Notes under the pieces: generated by a model
The model's input: the letters and a program-made list of their open reading frames with translations, nothing else
Told to the model about the DNA's origin: nothing
Database searches by the model: none
Part shown: positions 1-13,385 of the stretch, one piece after another
How the letters are laid out: every line of letters starts with the position of its first letter
Position numbering within the stretch: position 1 is the first letter of the stretch
Program-made: the position numbers and the translations under genes
Origin: Chiloscyllium plagiosum
Taxonomy: Eukaryota
Length of the DNA: 64,000 bases
Assembly (NCBI RefSeq): GCF_004010195.1
Contig: NC_057719.1
Location: forward strand, 66,336,066 to 66,400,065
Direction of reading: 5' to 3'

Positions 1-302
1 ACTTCAATGCAAACTAAATCAAACCACTGTTTTGGAAATGATACACTCAAGCCCTGTGATTCACGGTGTCACAGTTTTACATGAACATTTTCAAGACAGC
101 TGCAGGTCTCCCCTTAAATAAGGACAGTGATGCCAGAAGGTATAAGACCATCCGCATGAAACCTTGGAAATTATCTGGCTTTACAGTCACATGGTCACAA
201 TATTTTCAATCAATCCATTCTCATGTACTGTGACAAGTGAATTCAAGTATTTTGTGACCCAAAGAATTAAAGACTCATAATTTTTAGTGATACTTCACTT
301 AC

Positions 303-1721
303 TCATCTTCCTCGTGCAGATTCGAGTGCAGCTTGGTAAACTAAGAAAATAAATAAAAGGGTTTTAAATGTATTTCAATCTGCTCAAACACTGCTTCTTG
401 TGAAAGAATTCTATTTGTCAAACATTTTAATATTTTAATCAACCAGTTCTGATGTGTGTTGTGACATTTTTGGGGAAGGTGAAACTTAGAACCTAGACTT
501 TCTAGCTCACAGGTAGAGATACTACCACTGTCCCAATAGAGCCCAAAGTGCATATGCTCAAGTGAACACTCAGTTAATATCCCCTAACTGCAAGTAGTAA
601 CAGTGGCACCTTCTACCAGACTGAGATAGGTGATATCAGAAATATTTCTCAGTTTGCAGTTCATTGATGTATCAGGGAGGCCATTGCCCAGGAAAAATCA
701 GTAAAACTAGCAAATGAGACATGCTGACCTAACACCCGTTATCCTTCAAAATATGGACCAGTACGTCATTTCAAAATTTTACGGAAATGTTACTGTTTGT
801 TTCCTCTGAGCGAGGCTCTCGATATCAGGAGGAATACTGACACCTTCGCATAGATGGATGGAGGTTTCAGGGAAGATGGTATCCCATAATTCCAAAGTAT
901 CATAAATAACATTAACACTGCTTTGCCTGTTTGTCGTCATCAAGCTGTCTGTTGAATGCTCCATAACTTTATTATCATGAGGGGATCCAACCCTACCACC
1001 ACCTGAAAAGCTACAAATACAGCAGGAAAAGCAGCATGAACAGGAGGGAGAGCAGGAGTAACATTGACCATTGGTGCCCCTAGCTACCAGAGTTTCCAGA
1101 AAGCAACTCAACCAAGAATGCTTCACGTGACCCTTTTTTTGCCATTCTCAATGCACCAACACCCCTATCACCTTCCAGTCAATGTCTATTTGTTTCCCTT
1201 CATATCAGCCTTAAGGATCTTGCTTTCACAGTTTTAATCATCAAAACCACAAAAAATTTTGATTTTCAAAAGACTCCAATCCTGATATTTAATAGTTAAT
1301 AAAAATAATTCTGAACTGCCTTCGTACAAGCTTTTATTAATGTTAGCCTTTGGTAATTATTTACCCATCTCACTGCTCCCGTGGTGAATATCCCAGTGTC
1401 TGCAGCTGATGAGGTATAAGACTGTTACGTCTCTAGAGCAGACATACTGAATGGTTATAGTGGACAACTTCAAGCAACTGTGCTGCTGAGATGACAGCAC
1501 CTTGACAGACCAGGTCAATCTGGTCCAACTGACTGGAACAAGGGCAGCGGTGGAATCGGTGGTAAGCTACGTTTCGACACTTCTTACATGGTACATTTGT
1601 TGAGTATCAGTGAACATACTATATTTAAAACTTGTGGCTGTTTGTTGGTTTAATATTTCTATTACAGCTGTTGAGCTTTCAAAGTTTGGCCAGTCAATGA
1701 TATAACGGGGTGCTCCAAATG
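303..1721 (-). other. Candidate exons of an unidentified minus-strand gene or pseudogene (1721-1365, 1002-~780, 340-303)
   Basis: Canonical pyrimidine-tract AG acceptors and GTAAAT/GTAAGT donors; phases compatible between the first two; no recognisable protein family. Confidence 0.3.
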
Positions 1722-2219
1722 CTAAAAAACAGGAAACCATCCAACGGTGCCCTCTAGTGGAAATAACACAAACGGCTACCATTGAGTAGAAACAGTCAAA
1801 ACCTACATGTCATCTTTCAGGCTATGTCACACATTCTGCCTAAACTGCCTCCAATTTTAATGATGTCTTTCCAGGTGACATGCAGTTTCTGCTTTGAGTT
1901 CTTAAGTATCTGAGAGAATCACCTCTGCATACCTGAAAGTAATTACAAGTGAAAAAAATAATACCCGACAAATATGTAAAACACTGCTGCAACAGTTAAA
2001 CCAAATTTAATAATAAAATTGTGGGTTCAAAGAAAAATGTGCTATTAAAGTAAATACAAATGTTTAATCGTAACAGGGTTTAAACACTATGCAACAAGTA
2101 AGCGCTTGCATCTAGGGGACAAAAAAAAATAACTGTCTCATGCATACAATATAATTAAAATACTTCATAATTGCAAATTAAACAATCAGAAAATTTTATA
2201 CAGTTTAATGTTGATTGCT

Positions 2220-2562
2220 AGTCATAGAGATGTACAGCATGGGAACAGACCCTTAGGTCCAACCCGTCCATGCCGATCAGATATCCCAGGGAAAAGACTT
2301 TGCCTATTTACCCTATCCATGCCCCTCATGATTTTGTAAACCTCTATAAAAGGTCACCCCTCAGCCTCCGATGCCCCAGAGAAAACAGCCCCAGCCTATT
2401 CAGCCTCTCCCTATAGCTCAAATCCTTCAATTGTGGCAACATCCTTGTAAATCTTTTCTGAACCCTTTCAAATTTCACAACATCTTTCCAATAGGAAGGA
2501 GACCAGAATTGCACGCAATATTCTAACAGTGGCCTAACCAATGTCCTGTACACCCGCAACAT
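2220..2562 (-). mobile_element. CR1/HER1-type LINE 3' fragment with internal deletion
   Basis: YRTLVRPLLEYCVQFWSP...ERVQKRFTRMLP...RRLRGDL; CTATGAC tail. Confidence 0.9.
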
Positions 2563-4419
2563 GGTATAAGCAATTAAAAAAAAGGTCAATGATTTGGATC
2601 CATGACAGAACTTGGAGATGTTTAAAGGAAGCTTGATGTTCATGAATCTGATGTATATTTGACAGGTGGGTTAACCTGACTATTTAAGATCTGAAAAGGA
2701 TTGGACAAATTCAGAATTAATTGGAAAGATATTCTACTATGTTATGATACCATTTTGCTTTCAGGTCATTAAAATTATGGAAGTAATACACACCTGAATA
2801 TTTAAAGAACTAAAATCAGTTTTAATGGTTCTTATTCTAACCAGTTTCAGCCAACACTGCTCAAATATATATGTAAAATGTGAAGATTTAAATAAGAAAC
2901 AAATATTGCTTGAGGTAAGCCACAAATTATTGTAAATTTGACAAAGGTGTGTGAATGCATTAATTTCTTATCTGCAATATTCATAAATTTAACTTAATAT
3001 CCCACACTGGATTATGGTTCTAATTTAGTTTCTTTTTCTCGATAAAGTCACTCTGTTGAGAAGGAACTGTTGTCAACACATCTATTGACCCTCTATTGCC
3101 CCTCTATTTCTGTTCTGTTATTCAAGTGATGGTTTTGGGTGTTAGTTTAAACATGACCTTTTAAAAATATGGCTAAGCCAAGAAGTTAGCAAAACGCAAA
3201 AGTTGGAAAATGAAACACTCTTCCATATGAATTTTGTGCTACATTTCATTTGCATTTTCTTAGTAGAGTGCTCTTGCTTGCACTTTATTGCAGAGGGAAG
3301 GTTATTCCCTTCACACAGTCCACCAAGGTATGAGCATTAGAGCAGAAAATGGATCCTCCCAGTAAAACCTTGTCATACACAAAGTGGAGTTTAGAAAGAT
3401 GAAGCATTTTGACAAGCCTTTTAACGAGTGAGTTCAGACTCTAGAATATGCAATTTTTCTTTTCTGTCTTTCTCTGACAAATTGAGATTGGAACTGAATT
3501 GAAATTATGCCTATATAACAGCATACAAAAAGTGAGAAAGAAAACATCAAAGTTAGACGTGATGATTGGACACTGTACATGCTGACAACGTTACTTGTTA
3601 CAGATCTTTGCTTAGGATATTGAAATAGGGCTTGGGGCAGAACTGTAGCCAACCTGGAGATGTCAAAAGAGGAAATATTATGATGAGTTGACCCTCAAGA
3701 GGAAGCTTTCCTCCTTCTCAGCACCTCAGTAAGTTCTGGGCAAGAAGGACAATGGGTGACCTTCTCAACCAATTACCAATTCAGGCCCTTGAGTGTTCAA
3801 TGAAGAGCCACTTAAGGCCCCAACTCACCACATTCCCCAGTCACTTGCCTTCCTGAGAAAAGCAAGGGAGAAAGGTGGCAATTAGAGGCATGAATACAAA
3901 TAGGTGGGTTCTCATACCCACACCCGACACCCCCTCTCCTTGCAACACTTATCCTGAGGGAAGAGTTAAAAACAGCCTTACTTTCCTCATGCTGGATCCC
4001 GTGAGGAGGTTTGTCCATGAGCAGACTTTAGGACCCAGATGCTTTTGGCCTTTGTTTGACTGGCAGTGTCTGACAACTCAGGGTGTCAAAGTGGAGGCCT
4101 GTGATTCACTGAGAAACTCCCTACCACTGTTTCTAAGCCAGTTAATGAGCGGATTGACTGAGAAACAGTGAGTTTTCTCAGCAGTGGGGGCAGTGTAGTA
4201 GTTGCTACCTAACATGCATGTCCCCATGCTTAAAAAAAAATGGAAAAATAGATGACATGGCATAAATTATCAGGTTGATCCACCTCTGTGACATTGATCA
4301 AATTCCACAACTTGTTAAAATTCTGTAAATGTTGAACTTGTTCAAAAAATTTAAATTGATTTGTGGGGTTCTTCGGTCCATCATTGTAACGTTGCCTAAA
4401 ACTTTAAAGAAATGACCAA

Positions 4420-4660
4420 TGAGCATTAAGATACTGGGCATGTGACACACCACGTTCTACTCCAAGCAATTCACCATCCAGACTTGGAACTATATACTGG
4501 TTCCTTCAGGTCAAAATCCTGGACCTCCCTCCCTAACAGCATTGTGGGTCTACCTACAGCACATGGGCTGCAGTGGTTCAAGAAGCACTGGTTAAAACAT
4601 CACTTGCAGGGACGAGCAATCGCCCAGCCAGCAGCACCCACATCCCATAAGTGAATTATA
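4420..4660 (+). mobile_element. Old LINE 3' end (CR1/L2 superclade, second family)
   Basis: Similar to copies at 13030-13385, 21760-22130 and 24220-24600 (ggtcaaaatcctgga..tccctccctaacagc..gcagtggttcaagaag). Confidence 0.6.
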
Positions 4661-5329
4661 AACAAACTTGGTAAAACAGTGAGAGAGGAAGAGAAACCTA
4701 ATTAATTTTAAAAAAAAAACTTGGATGCATGTTTGTGATGCTGTAACTTACAGAGCAAAGGACAAGAAGTTTAAAAATGCAACAAGATTGGATTTTGTCT
4801 GGGATGGGACATGAGAGGCTAAATAACTTCTTTCTGTGCTCTAAATATTTCTATCTTTTGCATATGTCTCTGTTCAACCATTTCATCATTTTTTTCTGGA
4901 ATGTTCTATTGGTAGATTAGTGAATGCCCATGGAAATTGAACCTGTTGTATAAGTAGTGCCAAAACTGGAACTAAATTAAACTTTTGTTTAGCTCTTTCA
5001 TGACCCTGTAAACAAGCTAATAGCTATTGGTTAGGCCTTGTGATGTCTATGGTCAGGGTGATTCTGATGTTTTGCAGTCTGAGTCAAGGCAGTACAGTGA
5101 CCCCACCACAAATGGTACCTCTGTATTTATGGAACATCGTTTTACAGGCAACACAATGTTCTATTGCTGGAAAAATGAAATCACAAAGATTCATTTGATG
5201 AAGTGAAATCATATGTGCATTATGCATAATCATCTGATTTCTTTTCAGCAAAAATACAAAGATAATTGTATGATGTGTTTTGTCCATGATGTATTTAAAT
5301 CTGTATGTTTCACATTTTTAGAATATCTG

Positions 5330-5490
5330 CAGAAAGAGGCCATTTGGCCCATCAGGGTCACTGACCCTCTGAGGAGCACCCCAGCCTAGCCCACATTCCC
5401 ATGGCTAATCCATCTAACCTGCATATCTTTGGAAACCCATGCAGGCACAGATGTTATGTGGCAACAGTGCTAACCACTGAACCACCATGT
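5330..5490 (-). mobile_element. Deleted HE1-type SINE
   Basis: cagtgctaaccactga head and ctaacctgcatatctttgga body shared with full copies. Confidence 0.65.
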
Positions 5491-5719
5491 CATTTGAATG
5501 CTTTCATCATTGCAATTTGCTGTAAGTTAACACATTTGTTTGTTCTGTTTCACTATCAAACAAACAATCTCAGCAATCACAGTTTGACACATCTGGATAT
5601 TGCATTTCCTGGAAGTCTATCAGTGCCAGCTTGAGAAGGATCATTGGAAAAGCTGTTTTCTCATCCTTTCTTCCTTTCCTTCCACTTTCCAGAGGTATTG
5701 AATCCTTTACTGGAGTACG

Positions 5720-5990
5720 TGCTGTTCTAAAAGCTGTGTATCTGACTAGTATTCGAAACCAAATAGGTGAATTGATAACGCAAATAGAAATAAGTAAGTG
5801 TATTCTGGTAGCCAGTACAGAGATATGGCTGCAGGATGACATAGATCGGGACATGAATATAGAAAGCTACACGACATTTGGGAAGGATAGAAGCTAAGAA
5901 AAACTGTAATGGTTGTTCTGTTAATTCGTGGATGGAATTAGTACAATAGAGATGGATCATCTCAGTCCAGGAGATCAGGATGTATGGCTG
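5720..5990 (+). mobile_element. CR1 ORF2 AP-endonuclease N-terminal relic
   Basis: LKAVYL..SIRNQIGEL...LVASTEIWLQ...NIESYTTFGKD resembles the CR1 APE start. Confidence 0.7.
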
Positions 5991-6321
5991 ACTTTTACTA
6001 CAAACTAGCTAAGTGTCAATTACAGCAGGTTTCACGGAGGGTTTCTCTTCATGAGGACACAAGTTTTCTTACGCTATTTCCACAACTTACCCGATTACCA
6101 ATGAGCCAGGTCTCTAAGGCAACCCCTTCATCCCATCTTCCCTCTCATTCAAGGTAGAGCTACTCACCAATTCCATTACCTTCTGTGATTCCCAGAGCTA
6201 GTGCCATCTTCAAGATCCAGCCATGCACCTAGTCAAGCCCTGCCAGCCAGGAGTTGCCCTTCACTGTGCACATAGTGGGGGGGGGGGGATCCCAAACAGA
6301 AACACTTCTCAGGGCACAGAG

Positions 6322-6380
6322 CTGACATCTCATTACATTCACAAATCTGACATCTCATTACATTACATAATCTGACATCT
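6322..6380. repeat. Short imperfect triple repeat of ctgacatctcattacatt
   Basis: Three copies seen directly; probably the end of an LTR-like element. Confidence 0.7.
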
Positions 6381-6589
6381 TTTCCCTTTATAATAGGGGA
6401 TTATTACACACTGGAATGCCTTCAGCCAATTGAAAACATACTTATATTCAGCAAGAACAAAAGCGAAGAAAACCCTGTGGTCTCATTGGCTTCTGAGAAC
6501 AAACTGTGATGCTTGCCTTTTCAGCAGCAACAAATTTATAGCCAATAAGTCTTCATTGCACTCAGCTCACAAAGAAATATTGTAAAAAC

Positions 6590-8370
6590 ATAGTAAAATA
6601 AGAACAGAAATAGGCCATTTGGTTCATTAAGCATGCTCTGCTATTCAATATGATCATAGCCGATCATTTATCTTCAGACAATACTCCCACTCTTCCCCCA
6701 CCCTCCGACCACACCCACCCCCCCCCCAATAATGGCCATTGATACCTTTAGAATGTAGAACATGGAACATTACAGTGCAGTACAGCCCCTTTGGCCCTCA
6801 ATGTTGTGCCGACCTGTGAAACCAATCTGAAGCCCATCTAACCTACTCTATTCCATTTTCATCCACATACGGTCATAGAATTATAGAGATGTTCAGCATG
6901 GAAACAAACCCTTCGGTCCAACCCGTCCATGACAACCAGATATCCCAACCCAATCTAGTCCCACCTGCCAGCATCCAGCCCATATCTCTCCAAATCCTGC
7001 ATATTCATATACCCATCCAAATGCCTTTTAAATGTTGCAATTATACGAGCCTCCACCACCCCTAAACCTATGCTCTCTACTTCTGGACTCCCCCACTCCA
7101 GGGAAAAGACTTTGTCTATTTACCTATCCATGCCCCTCATGATTTTATAAACCTCTATAAGGTCACCCCTCAGCCTCCGACGTTCCAGGGAAAACAGCCC
7201 TAGCGTATTCAACCTCTCCCTATAGCTCAAATCCTCCAACTCTGGCAACATCCTTGTAAGTCTTTTCTGAACCCTTTCAAGTTTCACAACATCCTTCCGA
7301 TAGGAAGGAGACCAGAATTGCATGCAATATTCCAACAGTGGCCTAACCAATGTCCTGTATAGCCGCAACATGATCTCGCAATTCCATTTAAATGCCCTTA
7401 AAGCTGGTGAGTCTACTACTGTTGCAGGCAATAGCTTTGAGAAATTTATTTCTTTTAATACATTAAGTAATTTCACTTCCGCTGCCTTTGATAGCAGAGA
7501 ATTCCATAGGTTCACCACCCTCTGAATGAAGGTATTTCTCCTCATCTCAGTTCAAAAACGGCCTGCTATGAACCCTGACACTGTAATCCCTTGTGCTGAC
7601 CTCCTGACCAAGGGGAACATCATCACTGCATCCAGTCTGTCCAGCCCTGACACCCCTTTTATACATTTCAGTCAGGTTCCCTCTCATTTCTCTAAATTCC
7701 AGTGAATGCAGGCCCTCTGATTCTCTGCAAAACCTGCTGCCCAAGGAATCAGTCTGATGAACCTTTGTTGCACTGTACCTGGCAAGTGCATCTTTTCTTA
7801 GGCAAGGAGCCCAAAACTGCACTCAATACTCCAGGCATGGTCTCACCAAGGCTCTGTATAGCTACCACAGGATTTCCTTGATCGTGTACTCAAACCCTAT
7901 TGCTTTGAAAGCAAACATAACATTTGCCTGTTTGTTGTACCTACATGCTTGTTTTCAATAGCCAGTCTACAAGGACTCATAAATCCATTTGTATATCTAT
8001 CTTTACTAGTCTATTTCCATTTAAATAATCCTCTGCCACTCTGTTTTACTTGCCAAAGAGAAACTTCACATTTATCCACATCATATTGCATTTGCCTGGT
8101 CAAAACGTGTGGTGCTGGAAAAGAGATGCTGTTTCAAGCATAAACCCTTCATCAGGAATGAGAAAGGCTTATGCCCGAAACATCAATTTTCCTGCTCCTT
8201 GGATGCTACCTGACCTGCTGTGCTTTTCCAGCGCCACAGGTTTTGGCTCAGACTCTCCAGCATCTGCAGTCCTCACTTTCTCCTGCATCTGGCTTGTATT
8301 TTTCTAACCACTTGATTTGGTGAAATCAGTAGAAGTCTCTTTACATCCTCTTCACCAATCCCATCTAGTT
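6590..8370 (-). mobile_element. Nested CR1 LINE 3' fragments (younger HER1-type copy ~6872-7370 inside older copies)
   Basis: ORF track shows CR1 RT C-terminal motifs in several frames; multiple 3' tails. Confidence 0.85.
8100..8284. mobile_element. Fold-back PLE terminal-repeat mini-element with hammerhead-like core on the minus strand (~8128-8155)
   Basis: gtggtgctggaaaag...cttttccagcgccac inverted arms; minus strand reads CTGATGAagggtttatgcttGAAAc; inserted into a CR1. Confidence 0.7.
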
Positions 8371-9589
8371 TTATGTTCTATTGGAACAGGGTATCAATCA
8401 AGTCTCATCTGGCTTGCTACATGCAGAAAGTAATGTTCCTTCTGCTCAATTTCCTCATCTCCCTCCTTGGAAGATTGTTGCTTCTCTGCCAATTCTTCAG
8501 AGTTCATCACATCCCCTCTTTGCCTGCTCCAGTTGTGTCAATACACAATACAGCACAGTATGCTAGGACGATGCAGCACAAACTGTCTAAACTGTACTGC
8601 AAGGCCACTTTAGACAAATCCAAGTATCAAAACCTTATATTCAGTAAGCCTATCATCTGCCCACATTGGCCTTGATGGAAGGATATACTTCATTGTATCA
8701 CTCGGTTTTAGTCAATGAAAGCTTAATATAGTCATCAGCCATGATTGCAGAGACTCCTAGTAACTATCTTTGTAAGATATCTGCCACTTGATGGTTCATC
8801 TCACTCCTCCATACAGTGGGACATGGAAAACAATAACAGAGGACAATGGAATGCCTCCACATGGACCTTGCAGCTCAAGCCATATCATACAAACACAGTA
8901 GTCACACATCTCTTACTAATACTACCCCTTAATCATGACACCCAGACAATCAACTGACCATGCCCAAGCCCTGGATTGACATCAGATGCTGTCCTTGACT
9001 TACTGAGCCAGGACCCCCTGACTGCAGACTACCTCCCTGAGCCTGACTGAGATCTGCTCCCTTAGAATTTGAAAGACGGCCAATGGTTGAAGTATATGTA
9101 GTGTGATTGTCACATGCACCGCTGGTATGCAGCAGGTGCAAGATTGACAGAGCACACTTGCGTATAGCAACATATCACCCTGCCGACTGTTCACTGCCAA
9201 AAATCACGACAAGCTTGAGTCTGCACTAAACAGCAAGGCAAGACAGAAGTACTGGGAATCTTTTAAGATTAGGCTGAGGAGGCTAAGCATTAAAAAAGCA
9301 CTGTAAGGCAGGGATACTGTTAGCATCCAAGTAGGCCCAAAATAAGTAAGCAGTAAGAGAAAGTAATCAACCCCGAGATCCATGAGTTGGGTGCTCACAC
9401 CTGTGTATATTGAAAGGTGCCTGTGAACTTCAAAGCGCAGTATTGAAATCCAGAACTGTATTAACTGGGTCAAAGACAGGCCATGAGGATCCAAGCTAAA
9501 ATATGTCTGATATCAAGATCTGTGCATAGGGGAGAGATTTAAATAGACCTCCTGGCCACTCACTAGCTAGATTCCTGTCTCACAGATGA

Positions 9590-11285
9590 AAACTTGATTG
9601 CCTGTAATGATGCAGACTTGATTAGTAAGCTTAAGGTGGAAGAACCCCTAGGGGGCAGCAGCCATAATATGATAGAATTCACCCTTCAGGTTGAAAAGGG
9701 AGAAGCTGAAATCAGATGTCACAGTCTTACAATTGAGTAACTACAAAGTCTGAGTTAGAAGCTGGTCAGAGTTGATTGGAAGAGGAGCCGAGCAGAAAAG
9801 ATGGTGGAGCAGCAATGGCAGAACTGTCGTGGGGTAATTCAGAAGACACAGGAGAAATTCATCCCAAGAACAAATACACTAATGGGAGAACAATGTAATC
9901 ATGGCTCACAAGGGAAGTCAGAGACATCATAAAAGCAGAAGAAAAAACATCCAATGTCGTGAAGATTAGTGAGAAGGGGTGTGGAGGAAATGAAATTTGA
10001 GGGTAAGCTAGCTAGTAATATCAAAGAAGACTGCAAGAGTTTTTTTTAAAGATATGTAAAAATGAGGAAAGACTGGACATTGAACCACACTGAGTGGAGA
10101 AGTAGTAATGGGGACAAGAAATGGTGTAGGGACTGAATAAGTACTTTGCATGTTTCACACTGGAAGGTGTCAACAGCACACCAGAACTTCAATAGAGTCA
10201 GAGAGCAGAAGTGAGTGTAGTGGCCATCACTAAGGAGAAGGTGCTGGGGAAGCAGAAATGTCTGAAGGTGGATAAATTATCTGGACCAGATATACTACAC
10301 CATGGAGTTCTGAAGGAGACAGCAACAGAGAGTGTAGAGGCATTGGTGGTGATCTTTCAGGAATTACATGAGTCAGGAATGGTGCCAGATGATTCGAAAA
10401 TGGCTAATGTAATGTTCCTGTTTAAGAAAGGAGGGAGGCAGTAAACAGGAAGTTATAAGCTGGTCAGCCTGACCTCAGTCATTGGTATGATTTTACAGCC
10501 TATTATCAAGGATAAGATTGCATAGTGCTTGGAAGTGCATGGTAAAATAGGATTGAGTCAGCATGGCTTCATCGAGAGAGGTCATGCCTAACCAATCTGT
10601 TATAATTCCTTGAGGATTTAATGAGAAAGTGAAGTAAAGAAGAGCCAGTGGATATGATCTATTTGGATTTCCAGAAGGCCTCAGACAAGATGTCACACAG
10701 GAGGCTGTTAAATAACAGCCCAATATATTACAGACAAGGTACTGGCATGATAGAGGAATGGCTGACTGGCAGAAGGCAAAGATTCGGGATAAAGGAGTCT
10801 TTTTCAGACTGGCATCCAGTGATGACTAGTGGAGTTCCACAGGGATTCATGTTGGGACCATAACTATTCACCTTACACGGTAACGATCTGGACGAAGGAA
10901 GTAAGGGCTTTGCAGATGACAAGATGATTAGTGGAGAGACAGGCAGGGTTGAGGTAGAAGGGAGGCTGCAGAAGGACTTATACAGGCTAGGAAAGTGGAC
11001 AAAGAAGTGGCAGATGAAATATAATGTGGCAAACTGTGACGTTGTGCACTTTGGTAGGAGGAATAGAGACATAAACTATTTTCTAAATAGAGAAAGGCTT
11101 TAAAAAGCTGAAGCTAAATGGACCACATTTGGAATAGTATGAGCAGCATTGGGCCCTGTTTCTAAGGAAGGATGTGCTGGCATTGGATGGGGTCCAGAGG
11201 AGGTGTGCAAGAATAATCCCAGAATTGAAGGGCACCTTGTATGAGGAGCGGTTGAGGTCTCTGGGTCTGTACTCGATGGAGGGAG
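9590..11285 (+). mobile_element. Degenerate CR1 LINE ORF2 (reverse transcriptase region)
   Basis: LKVDKLSGPD..., YLDFQKA.DK, SGVPQG.MLGP, FADD-like motifs across frameshifts. Confidence 0.9.
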
Positions 11286-11436
11286 GAAGGCTGGTGAGTT
11301 CTCATTTGCTCAGTGTAAATCATCCAGTAACTTCAGCAAGGAACCATTACTCAGTGAGGATGATTCTCATCTCACTGTTGCCTATCTAAATTCAAAATTT
11401 GACAGTTACACAGTGGAAATCAAATGGACAAGACAG

Positions 11437-11754
11437 TTTAGATTAGATAAGATTCGTTCCAGTGCGGAAACAGGCCCTTTGGCCCAACAAGTCCACACCG
11501 ATCCTCCAAAGAGTATCTCGCCCAGACCACTCCCCTACTAATGCTCCTATCACTATGGGCAATTTAGCACGGCCAATTCACCTGACCTGCACATCTTTGA
11601 ACTGTAAGAGGAAACCGGAGCACCCGGAGGAAACCCACGCAGACACAGGGAGAATGTGCAAACTCCACACAGACAATCGCCCGAGGCTGGAATCGAACCC
11701 GGGTCCCTGGCACTGCAAGGCAGCAGTGCTAACCACTGAGCCACCGTGCCACCC
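11437..11754 (-). mobile_element. HE1-type tRNA-derived SINE
   Basis: Minus strand A box TGGCTCAGTGG, B box GGTTCGATTCC, CR1-like 3' tail ending in ATCTA repeats. Confidence 0.9.
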
Positions 11755-12014
11755 CTATTAATTTGTCACAGTTAGCCACTTCAATTTAGGTAGCTGTGCT
11801 TCCTGTAGAAAGAGGTTAGAGTATGTACAACTCAAAACCAAATGAGATTACTAAGGTGCTTGATTCCAATTTGGTTTCTGTCTGCATTACTGCTACCAGT
11901 TCCTCACTCTGCCCAGTATGTGTTCTGCAAGGGCTTCGGGACAATGATGTCATGGAAAAATACATTACAAAACATAACACTCTATCCATGTAGTGCTATT
12001 TGATGTGACACATG

Positions 12015-12305
12015 GGGCAGCACAGTGGCTCAATGGTTAGCACGGCTGCCGCACATCACCGGGAACATGAGTTCCATTCCAGCCTTGGGTGACTGTCTGT
12101 GTGGATGTGCATGTTCTCTGCGTGGGTTTCCTCTGGATGATCTGGCTTCCTCCCACAGTTCAAAGATGTGCACCTTAGGTGGATTAGCCAAGGGAAAATA
12201 CAGGGTTACAGGCATAGGGTAGGAGGGTGGGTCTGGACGGGATGCTCTTCGGACAGTCAGTGTGGACTCGATGGGCCTGCTTTCACACTGTAGGGATTCT
12301 ATGAT
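12015..12305 (+). mobile_element. HE1-type tRNA-derived SINE
   Basis: gtggctcaatggttagcac head, conserved body, tail gattctatgatt. Confidence 0.85.
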
Positions 12306-13029
12306 TACAGACACTACAAACACTACCATATCAAATTATACCAGACTAGAACTTAAGAAAATCTTTACAGCATATGGACATGAACACATGAAAAGGATGG
12401 TTTAGTCCTTATTCAATGTAATGAGATCAGAATCTGAAATATCTGTGATTACCACCTAATGTAGTAGTTAGTACTGATGTGTAATAAATCATGTTATATT
12501 GATGTCTAAGCCTGAAGACAGTACTTCAGTTTGCCTTCTCTTCAACCAGACTGTCTTGAGCCTAAACTCAGTATGGCATCAAGTCGTATGATAAGAAGAC
12601 TAACCAAATCACGACATGGACATATTCCATTGCAGTTAAAGGGAATTTCTCTGTACTCAGTTAAAAGTGGATCCAATTGAATGGATCTCTGAGATAATTT
12701 GCTGGAACTGCATCATTAGGTCATTCCAAATTATCCACTGCTTTTGCAAAAAATTCCAAATCTTAAAGGATTTATTCATCTGACCCTTGCTGGTAACACA
12801 ATTTTGTCAAAAGAACAGAGTTGGATAGATGAAGCAGCAAACGAAAGCAGACACCAAGAGAGCTGCAACTGCAGATGAGCCAAGAACATCAATTTTTTTT
12901 TTATATTGTGCTCTGAACAGCAGCCTAAACCTGGCTTGTGCAACTTAAATCACGCAAAGATACTGCACAGTCCATTGTAGCAGTGTTTCAGAGATTCATT
13001 CAATTATTCCAACTCCTTTGCTCTTTCAC

Positions 13030-13385
13030 ATAAACATTCACTCCCTTCACCACTGATGCTCAGTAGCAGCAGTATGTATCATCTACAAGCACTGCAGAAA
13101 TATTTGGACAATACCTTCCAACCCCACAACGCTTCCATCTGGAAGGACAAGGATAGTAGATACACAGGAACACCAACACCAAAACATTCTCCTCTAAGCC
13201 ACTCTCCATCTTGACTGGGAAAAATATGATTCTTTCGTTGTCACTGCGTCAAAATACTTGAATTCCCTCCCTAATGGTCAATTTACAGACATAGCCTGCA
13301 GAGGCTTACCATCAGCCCCTGAAGAGCAATAGGGATGGGCAATAAATATTGAGCCAGCCCCACATCTCATGACTGAATTTTAAAA
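13030..13385 (+). mobile_element. Old LINE 3' end (second family)
   Basis: Similarity to 4420-4660 and 21760-22130. Confidence 0.6.
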
